Positions 10,471-17,619 of a stretch of 64,000 nt of DNA are shown piece by piece. A program made the translations under genes and the position numbers. Origin of the DNA: Candidatus Latescibacterota bacterium. Lineage in GTDB: Bacteria > Latescibacterota > UBA2968 > UBA8231. The stretch spans positions 2,656,001-2,720,000 of the forward strand of contig OZ252098.1 in the NCBI GenBank assembly GCA_965248355.1. The letters run 5' to 3'. Within the stretch, counting starts at the first letter, position 1. Every line of letters begins with the position of its first letter. The notes beneath the pieces are model-generated. The model saw only the letters and a list, made by a program, of their open reading frames with translations, was not told where the DNA came from and ran no database searches.

Positions 10471-12514
10471 GTGAGAGTCCTTTGAGATGCGAGATCCCTT
10501 GGGAGCGCTATGGCCTTATCGCCGCCATAGTCAGGGGACTGCACCCGAGATCACCTCAACTGGGAAAGACGGTTCTGCAGAAGGTCGTTTTCCTGCTTCA
10601 GGACCTTGCCGGCGTTCCCATCGGGTACCGGTTCCAGTTTTATACCTATGGTCCGTTCTCCGTGGAGTTGTTGCAGGACCTGGATTTGGTCGAAGGCCTT
10701 GGGGGTGTGAAGATTCATCGCGTGGTAAGTCTGACGGGTGGGTTTGAAATCTTGCCTGGTGACAGGGCAGATGGCCTCATTCGGAAGGCAGGCAACTGGC
10801 TGAAAGAACAAGGGGCAGACGACGCGATCACCCGGATCGTTGCGGACTATGGCCATCTCTCCGCTCGGGATCTGGAGTTGCGCGCCACGGTCGTCTATGT
10901 GGTGCGAGATCTCGAACTTCAAGGTACGATCGGGGACAACGGTCGTGTGAAGGAAGTCGTCGAGAACTTGAAGCCAAGGTTCGGTGCTCGCGAAATCGAG
11001 GATTCGATCCTGGAACTCGACCGGAAAGGGTATATGCCGGGCAAGTCCCATTCTCAGTTGAAACGTAGCCCAGGCTCGAGTGGATGAGTCAGCCCGTCAT
11101 CGCGAGCTGCTGGATGCCGAGCTCGGCTTGGAGCGCTTGCCGGAGCATCGGCAGGTGGTGGTAGCCGTTGACCCGGCGGAGGCGAGGTTCGATGTCAAGC
11201 AACGCCGTGGCGACCCAGCGGTGACGCTGCGACGAGTTGGTCCAGCGCCGCACGTTGTGCGTCAACTGCTCCAGGAGACTGTTGACGTTCTCGATACAGT
11301 TGGTGGTACGGAAGGAGGCCTTCAGCATCGGCATCAGGCCCAGGCGGTGGAGCGTGAGGGTTTCTTGCTGGCCTTCCTCCAAGCTGCGCAGGGCCGACTG
11401 GTTCATCAACTGCAACCCCGGTTTCAGCGCCTCCAGGGCGGCTTGGGCCTCCTCGTACGTCGAGTGCCCATACGCCGCTTCCAGCTTTCGACGAACGCCG
11501 CCCTGCTCGCTCTTGGGCAGGTACGAGACCACGTTCTGGCGCTTGTGATACTGGCATCGCTGCACGCAGGCATGGCCTTGAAGCACCGACCGCACCGCCT
11601 TGTACAGGCCCTTGCCTCCATCGATCACCACGAGCAGCCCGGCTTCGTATTGCAGGCCCCGCTCGACCAGCTCCGCCAGGAAGCGGCGACAGACGCGCTC
11701 GTTCTCGGTGGCCGCCTGCACGAAGCCCAAGGGCACCTTCTGGCCCTCCAGAGTCACACCCAGGGCGATGAGGATCTCCTCGTCGGCGAAGCTCTTGCCG
11801 TCCAGAAACAGCGCCACCAGGTCGTAGCCTTCCAAGGATCGCTGCTGGAATTCGGCCAGCTTGCGCGCCGTGCCTTTCACGTACCGGCGAGAGACCGAGG
11901 AACGGGACAGACCGAAGGCTTGCGGGACGGTCTCGGCGCAGGCCTCGTAGTTGCGCGTGGCCAAGCCCTTCAGCACCCGCAACAACAGCCCCTGGTCCAT
12001 CTGCCTCGGCGTCTGCAGGGCCTGATAGGCCTCCAGCGGGACCTCGGTGCCGCGGACCACATCGCGCACGCGCGGCACCTCGACCGGCAGTTTCTGATCG
12101 CCCAGGTACACCGACCCGGCCTGCGCCCCCCAGCGGCGCAACGCCTGATCCGGACCCTTGCGCTGATACCGAGGTCCGGCCAAGGCCTCGACCGACTGCT
12201 GCAGCTCCTCCGAGACCGCCTGCAGACCCAAAGGGATCAGCAGCTGGATGACCTCGATGCGAGTCTCCAGATCGTCCATCGACGCGGTGGCTTGGCGGTT
12301 CACGGGGCCGATGGCCACGGTCCGTTTGACGCCCTTCTTCCGTGCTTGTAGCTTGCTCATGGCAGGCTCCTTGGGTTACCGAATACGAGGCTTCTTGGCG
12401 ATTTCTCGTATCAAACGTAACGATGGGAGCCTGTGCTATTTCAACTAAGATCGGGACAATGCCTATATGCCGATGGCTGAGGCGAAGACGCAGGCGGCAG
12501 ACCAGGGGTTGTGA
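10467..12514 (+). CDS. YwgA/Panacea(SocA)-like winged-helix protein; last codons displaced by IS256
   Basis: GKTVLQKVVFLLQ..YRFQFYTYGPFS.EL motif and LELRAT. Starts by ATGA overlap with the HD gene. The pre-insertion end GYMPMAEAKTQAADQGL* overlaps the MTase GTG. Confidence 0.65.
11039..12463 (-). mobile_element. IS256-family element, copy 2
   Basis: Near-identical to copy 1. Has its own 8-bp TSD tatatgcc at 11031-11038 and 12464-12471. Confidence 0.93.
11089..12360 (-). CDS. IS256-family transposase
   Basis: 423 aa with only a few substitutions relative to copy 1. Confidence 0.93.
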   Translation of the reverse strand: MSKLQARKKGVKRTVAIGPVNRQATASMDDLETRIEVIQLLIPLGLQAVSEELQQSVEALAGPRYQRKGPDQALRRWGAQAGSVYLGDQKLPVEVPRVRDVVRGTEVPLEAYQALQTPRQMDQGLLLRVLKGLATRNYEACAETVPQAFGLSRSSVSRRYVKGTARKLAEFQQRSLEGYDLVALFLDGKSFADEEILIALGVTLEGQKVPLGFVQAATENERVCRRFLAELVERGLQYEAGLLVVIDGGKGLYKAVRSVLQGHACVQRCQYHKRQNVVSYLPKSEQGGVRRKLEAAYGHSTYEEAQAALEALKPGLQLMNQSALRSLEEGQQETLTLHRLGLMPMLKASFRTTNCIENVNSLLEQLTHNVRRWTNSSQRHRWVATALLDIEPRLRRVNGYHHLPMLRQALQAELGIQQLAMTG

Positions 12515-13641
12515 AAACAAGCGCTAACGTGACCGCCGGTGATGGCACCGATCTCGGCTTCCTTAACGAGAAATCGGTGGACTTGGTGGTGACCTCACCC
12601 CCATACCCGATGATCGAGATGTGGGACGACGTGTTCCAGCGCCAGAGACCCGCCGCCGAGGGGGCTTTGGCCGCTGGTGACGGTCCGCACGCGTTCGAGA
12701 TGATGCACGAGCTGCTCGATGCGGCGTGGGTGGAGGTTTACCGCGTCCTGCGGCCGGGCGGGGTTGCCTGCATCAATATCGGCGACGCCACCCGCACCAT
12801 TGACGGGGATTTCCGGCTTTATTCCAACCATTCCCGGATCCTGTCCAGCTTACTCGGGATGGGGTTCGTTGCCCTGCCGGACATCCTCTGGCGCAAGCCG
12901 ACCAACGCGCCGAACAAGTTCCTTGGATCCGGGATGCTGCCGGCCGGAGCCTACGTAACCTATGAGCACGAGTATATCCTCATCGTGCGCAAAGGGCCTC
13001 GGCGGGATTTCAGGTCACCCGCGGAGAAGAGCCGGCGGCGGGAGAGCGCGTTCTTCTGGGAGGAGAGGAATCTCTGGTTCTCCGATGTCTGGTGCGATAT
13101 CCGGGGAGCCGGGCAGGAGCTTCTCGACAAGACTTCCCGAAAGAGAAGCGGAGCTTTTCCCTTCGAGTTGGCCTACCGGCTGGTGTGCATGCACTCAATA
13201 AAGGGGGACACAGTGCTGGACCCGTTCGGAGGTACCGGGATCACGGCGGCTGCGGCCCTTGCCGCCGCCCGGAACGCGATCTCGGTAGAACTGGATCCGG
13301 CACTACTGCCGGTGGCTCGGTCACTCCTTCAAGCGCTCCCGAAGTTTGCCAACGAGCATGTCCGGCGGCGTCTTCAGCGCCACGTGGAGTTCGCTCAGAA
13401 CCGAATCGCCGAAGGGGGCGCCTTCAAGCACCTCAATCGGAACTACGGCTTCCCCGTAGTGACGTCCCAGGAGAGAGAACTCCTGCTGAATGATGTCCTG
13501 TCAGTTACGAACGACGATGGTTCGATCATCGCTCAGTACGACGAGGAGCCGCAGTCGGAGTTCGTAAAGGAGTGGACACCTGAAGAAGTGGAGCGGTTCT
13601 CCTTCCGTCCCAGAGAACTCCAGGCTGAGTTGCCTCTGTAG
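12511..13641 (+). CDS. Site-specific DNA methyltransferase, beta class (probably N4-cytosine)
   Basis: VTSPPY catalytic motif N-terminal to the VLDPFGGTG SAM-binding motif. Confidence 0.9.
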   Translation: MKTSANVTAGDGTDLGFLNEKSVDLVVTSPPYPMIEMWDDVFQRQRPAAEGALAAGDGPHAFEMMHELLDAAWVEVYRVLRPGGVACINIGDATRTIDGDFRLYSNHSRILSSLLGMGFVALPDILWRKPTNAPNKFLGSGMLPAGAYVTYEHEYILIVRKGPRRDFRSPAEKSRRRESAFFWEERNLWFSDVWCDIRGAGQELLDKTSRKRSGAFPFELAYRLVCMHSIKGDTVLDPFGGTGITAAAALAAARNAISVELDPALLPVARSLLQALPKFANEHVRRRLQRHVEFAQNRIAEGGAFKHLNRNYGFPVVTSQERELLLNDVLSVTNDDGSIIAQYDEEPQSEFVKEWTPEEVERFSFRPRELQAELPL

Positions 13642-14223
13642 CCCCTCAGAAATCGAACCTGAACGATATACCGTCTTTCTTCTTCTCATAGACGATCATC
13701 TGGGCATCGATAGTCTCCCTTGGGATTCCTCTTCGGCGTCGGCTAGCCGGTAGGAGGTTCCTTTCATTTCGGCGACCCGTGCTATCAGTGCCTCCTGGAA
13801 GCAGAGTCCAGTGAAGGTCTTGACGAGCACCAGATCCTCTACCCATTCACGGATCATCGGCTTGTCGATCAGCAGAATCGCTTCCTGGAGTCTTCCAAGC
13901 ATCGAATAGACACGCTCAGTCGCATTGTCGATTGCGGCCGGTTCTTTTTGGAGATACCAAGCCTTCCACTCCTCGAAGTTTCTTCCAGAGAACTCCGCGA
14001 AGAGATCGGTCATCTGGCCAACAACGCCTGGGCGTGTCCCTCCTGCATTCTGGTTTGCCAGATTCAGGAAGTGTACCCCGTCAACTGGACAGGAATTGGG
14101 CTTGTACAAGCGAGAGTCTCGAGATGTAATGGAGCCGTACTGCGCCCCGGCGCTGGGACCGAAGCCCCGCCTCCCGGACTTGCACCCAGGCCGGGCCACC
14201 GAGGCCGTGAGGAGCCCCCGCGC

Positions 14224-15072
14224 TCAGGCCGCCCGGTGGTAGACATCGCTGGGGGTCTCGTAGTCGAAGGCCTGGTGCGGCCGCTCGAGGTTGTAGAAGC
14301 GGAAGTAGGCCGCCACGCCCTCGATCAACTCGGGGACGCTGTCGTAGGCCTTCAGGTAGATGTCCTCGTACTTCAGGGAGCGCCACAGCCGCTCGATGAA
14401 GATGTTGTCCAGCACCCGGCCGCGGCCGTCCATGCTCACCCGGGCCCCGGCCGCCTCGACCCGCCCGGTGAAGGCGGTGCTGGTGAACTGGGCCCCCTGG
14501 TCGGTGTTGAAGATCTCCGGCCGCCCCTGGCTCAGGGCTTCCTCCAGGGCCTCCAGGCAGAAGGCCGCGTCGAGGGTGTTGGAGACCCGCCAGGCCAGCA
14601 CGTAGCGGCTGAACCAGTCCATGACCGCCACCAGGTAGACGAAGCCGGAGGGCATCGGCAGATGGGTGATGTCGCTGCACCACACCTGGTCCGGCCGGTT
14701 CACGGTCACCCCTCGCAGCAGATACGGATAGACCCGGTGCTGAGGGTTGGGGGTAGTCGGTCGCGGCCGGGGATAGATCGCCTGCAGGCCCAGGGCCTTC
14801 ATCAGGCGGTGCACGCGCTTGGGATTGACCGGGTAGCCGTCCCGCCTCAGGGCCGCGCAGATCCGGCGCACGCCGTAGACCGGGTGCTCGGTGTAGATCC
14901 GGTCGATGGCGTTCATCAGGTCGAGGGTGAGCCGATCCGGCGCCTCCGGGCGGTAGTAGAAACTGGAGCGGGCCAGCCCGAGCAGTTGGCACTGCCGATG
15001 CACGCTCAGCGGGCCGGGGTGCGGCTCGATGAGGGCGCGGCGCTCAGCCACCGAGAGCCTCGTGTTTTTTTT
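14224..15072 (-). CDS. IS3 transposase OrfB (rve integrase core)
   Basis: [16 protein letters not shown] and [15 protein letters not shown] motifs. Confidence 0.92.
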   Translation of the reverse strand, partial: KKNTRLSVAERRALIEPHPGPLSVHRQCQLLGLARSSFYYRPEAPDRLTLDLMNAIDRIYTEHPVYGVRRICAALRRDGYPVNPKRVHRLMKALGLQAIYPRPRPTTPNPQHRVYPYLLRGVTVNRPDQVWCSDITHLPMPSGFVYLVAVMDWFSRYVLAWRVSNTLDAAFCLEALEEALSQGRPEIFNTDQGAQFTSTAFTGRVEAAGARVSMDGRGRVLDNIFIERLWRSLKYEDIYLKAYDSVPELIEGVAAYFRFYNLERPHQAFDYETPSDVYHRAA

Positions 15073-15337
15073 GAAGCCACTCCAGTTCCATCTGCAGCCG
15101 CCCGATCTGCTGGTAGAGCTCGGGCACCAAGGCGGCCTCGTCGTCGGCCCGGCGGGTCCCGGGGCCCCGGAAGACCTCGGGCAGCCGCTCCAGCAACTGC
15201 TTCTTCCAGCCGTGGATCTGGCTGGGGTGGACGGAGAACTTGTGGGCCAGCTCGTTGACTGTCTGCCGTTCGCGCAGAGCCTCCAAGGCCACCTTGGCCT
15301 TGAACTGCGCCGAATGCGTCTTGCGTTTCCTCGTCAT
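15044..15337 (-). CDS. IS3 transposase OrfA
   Basis: [19 protein letters not shown] and [15 protein letters not shown]. Confidence 0.9.
   Translation of the reverse strand: MTRKRKTHSAQFKAKVALEALRERQTVNELAHKFSVHPSQIHGWKKQLLERLPEVFRGPGTRRADDEAALVPELYQQIGRLQMELEWLQKKHEALGG
15064..15072 (-). promoter_or_regulatory. Programmed -1 frameshift slippery site (A8-C) joining OrfA and OrfB
   Basis: Run of 8 A on the minus strand at the OrfA/OrfB overlap, as is typical of IS3. Confidence 0.75.
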
Positions 15338-15511
15338 CCAAGCCCCTCCGGACAGTGGGTCGGTGGACGCAAAGTCTCGCTTAGCCACCTGTCCAGGATT
15401 TGGGGTACACTACCTCATGATCTGAGTCGTGTACTTTGGAAACTCGGCGACTCGCCCAACCGCGAAGTCGACGATGTCCGCAGTCTTGATCTTGCCAGTC
15501 TGCATTCATCC

Positions 15512-16846
15512 TCAGAACACCGACAGGTAGGTGTCCCGCTCCCAGTCGCTGACCGACTGGTGGTAGGACCGCCACTCCTCGCGCTTGCACTCCAGGTAGT
15601 AGCCGGCGTACTCGAGGCCGAGGGCCTCGCGGATCACCTCGTCCTCCTCGAGCGCGTCGCAGGCGTCGCGCAGGGTCGCGGGCAGGTAGTCGATGCCACG
15701 CTCGGCCAGCTCCGCCTCGGTCAGGTCGTAGAGGTTCTCGTTGTTGCGGCGGCCGGGGTCGGTCTCGTTCTCGATGCCGTCGAGGCCGGCGGCGAGCAGG
15801 ACGGCTGAGGCCAGGTAGGGGTTGGCGGCGCCGTCGACGCAGCGGTTCTCGATGCGGCCGGGCGCCGGGATGCGGATCATCTGGGTGCGGTTGGAGCCGC
15901 CGTAGGTGACGTAGACGGGGGCCCAGCTGGCGCCGGAGCGGGGGGCGCCGCGGGTGAGGCGCTTGTAGCTGTTGACCAGGGGGCCGGTGACGGCCACGAG
16001 GGCGCGGGCGTGGGCCAGGACGCCGCCCATGAAGTGGTAGGCCATGCGCGACAGGCCGCTGGCGTCGCTCTCGTCGAGGAAGAGGTTGGTCTCGTTGGCC
16101 GTGTCCCACAGGCTCATGTGAAAGTGGGCGCCGGTGCCGGTGAGGTCGCTGAAGGGCTTGGGCATGAAGGTGGCCATGAGGCCGCGCTCCTCGGCCACGG
16201 TCTTGACCATCCAGCGGTAGAAGGTGTGGCGGTCGGCCGTGGTCAGGGCGTCGGAGTACTCCCAGTTGATCTCGAACTGGCAGTTGGCGTCTTCGTGGTC
16301 GTTGGCGTACGGACCCCAGCCGAGCTCCTGCAAGTGGCCGATGAGGGTGGTCATGAGGTCGAAGTTGCGGTTGAGGGTGACCAGGTCGTAGCAGGGCTTG
16401 TCGAGGGTGTCGAAGGGGTCGCTGGGCGAGCAGTGGCCGGCCTCGTCGCGCTTGAGGAGCATGAACTCGGCCTCGACGCCGACGTTGAACCGGTAGCCGA
16501 GACCGTGGGCGCGGGCGAGTTGGCGGTTGAGGATGGTGCGCGGGCAGTAGTCGAAGGGCTCGCCCTCGACCTCGAGGTTGCCGGGCACCCAGGCCATGTT
16601 GGGCCGCCAGGGCACGATCATCCCCTGGCCGAAGTCGGCCATGTTGGCCAGCTCGGGGCTGTGGGGGCCCTGGCCCATGTTGCCGGCGGCGAAGCCGGCG
16701 AAGCCGGCGCCCTCGGCGGCCATGTCCTGAAGGTTGGTCGCCGGCACGAGCTTGGCCTTGGGCATGCCGCCCATCTCGACGAAGGAGCACAGGAAGTACT
16801 CGATCTTCTTGTCCTTCACCCACTTCTCCACGTCTCTCAGTTCCAT
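15512..16846 (-). CDS. gmaS: Glutamine synthetase-like gamma-glutamylmethylamide synthetase
   Basis: GAGFAGFAA, GVEAEF, NDHEDANCQFE, TFMPKPF and NRTQMIR motifs. Lies in an NMG cluster context. Confidence 0.8.
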   Translation of the reverse strand: MELRDVEKWVKDKKIEYFLCSFVEMGGMPKAKLVPATNLQDMAAEGAGFAGFAAGNMGQGPHSPELANMADFGQGMIVPWRPNMAWVPGNLEVEGEPFDYCPRTILNRQLARAHGLGYRFNVGVEAEFMLLKRDEAGHCSPSDPFDTLDKPCYDLVTLNRNFDLMTTLIGHLQELGWGPYANDHEDANCQFEINWEYSDALTTADRHTFYRWMVKTVAEERGLMATFMPKPFSDLTGTGAHFHMSLWDTANETNLFLDESDASGLSRMAYHFMGGVLAHARALVAVTGPLVNSYKRLTRGAPRSGASWAPVYVTYGGSNRTQMIRIPAPGRIENRCVDGAANPYLASAVLLAAGLDGIENETDPGRRNNENLYDLTEAELAERGIDYLPATLRDACDALEEDEVIREALGLEYAGYYLECKREEWRSYHQSVSDWERDTYLSVF

Positions 16847-16878
16847 GATCCTCTCCTCGGGGATGCGTTGAAGTTTGC

Positions 16879-17619
16879 TCAGGCCTGCAACTCGCGAAGG
16901 GCGGCGGCGCCGATGGGCGCGATGCCCAGCTCGGCGCCGGCCTCCATGAGGATGTCCCAAACGTAGGCGCCCTGGGCGCGCCCGCCGAGCACGCGAAAGG
17001 CGGGCAAGTCTCCGGCATCGGCGCGCACCACGAGGGCCCTGACGCGGGCCACGCTGGTCTCACGCGCGCGGCGGTCCGGGAAGGCGTCGGCGTCGAAGTC
17101 GAGGCCGCAGACCTTGCTCAGCAGCCGGGGCGCCTCCGGGCCGACGATGCGGTACTCGAAGCGGCCGTGGGTGACGTCGGTGACGGTCACCAGGCCGGGG
17201 GCCTCGGCCGCGGACTCTTCCAAGGCGGCCAGGACCGCTTCCCCCTCTCCGGGGCCGGCGGCCACGAGCAGCAGGTCGGGCCGCAGCCGGCAGGCGGTCA
17301 CCCGGGTCCCGCTCACCTCGCCCAGACGGGGTGCAGGCGAGCCGGTGGCGGCAGCAACCACCCCGGCCGCCTCCTCGCCCATCCGGGGCTCCGTCAAGCC
17401 CGTGGCGGTGGAGACCACCGGCCCGGCCCCCTCGCCCTGCACGAGCAGCTTGGCCCGCGGCGTCTCGTCTCCGAGAGCCACGCCTTCGCGCGCTGCCCGC
17501 TCCTCCACGGCGCCGTCGCCGAAGCGCTCGGGCACGCGCCAACCGCCCACCTCGGTCAGGTGCGCGTCCATTGCCTGCCAGCGGCCGTGGAGGGGGGTCG
17601 CGTACCAGGGACCCGCCAT
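16879..17619 (-). CDS. soxG: Sarcosine oxidase gamma-like / NMG dehydrogenase subunit D
   Basis: VTDVTHG..GPEAPRLLSKVCGLDF motif. Last subunit of the B-D-A-G order. Confidence 0.72.
   Translation of the reverse strand: MAGPWYATPLHGRWQAMDAHLTEVGGWRVPERFGDGAVEERAAREGVALGDETPRAKLLVQGEGAGPVVSTATGLTEPRMGEEAAGVVAAATGSPAPRLGEVSGTRVTACRLRPDLLLVAAGPGEGEAVLAALEESAAEAPGLVTVTDVTHGRFEYRIVGPEAPRLLSKVCGLDFDADAFPDRRARETSVARVRALVVRADAGDLPAFRVLGGRAQGAYVWDILMEAGAELGIAPIGAAALRELQA

Larger units (their letters stand above)
14067..15414 (-). mobile_element. IS3-family element
   Basis: IRs ggaagtgtaccccgtcaactggacagg / cctgtccaggatttggggtacactacc. 3-bp TSD tca at 14064-14066 and 15415-15417. Confidence 0.9.
13646..15505 (-). 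pseudogene. MjaI-family type II restriction endonuclease, IS3-interrupted and internally deleted
   Basis: Removing IS3 gives MQTGKIK..EFPKYTTQIMNLANQNAGGTRP..VEDLVLVKTFTGL..EEESQG, then a frame jump directly to ETIDAQMIVYEKKKDG. Confidence 0.8.

Noticed and set aside
2107..12463. Composite transposon bounded by the two IS256 copies
   Set aside because: Each copy has its own matching TSD and interrupts a separately reconstructable gene, so these are independent insertions.
6094..13641. Functional link between the IS630 CTAG target and a possibly CTAG-specific MjaI-like R-M system
   Set aside because: The specificity of this R-M is unknown and CTAG/TA targeting is generic for IS630, so coincidence cannot be excluded.
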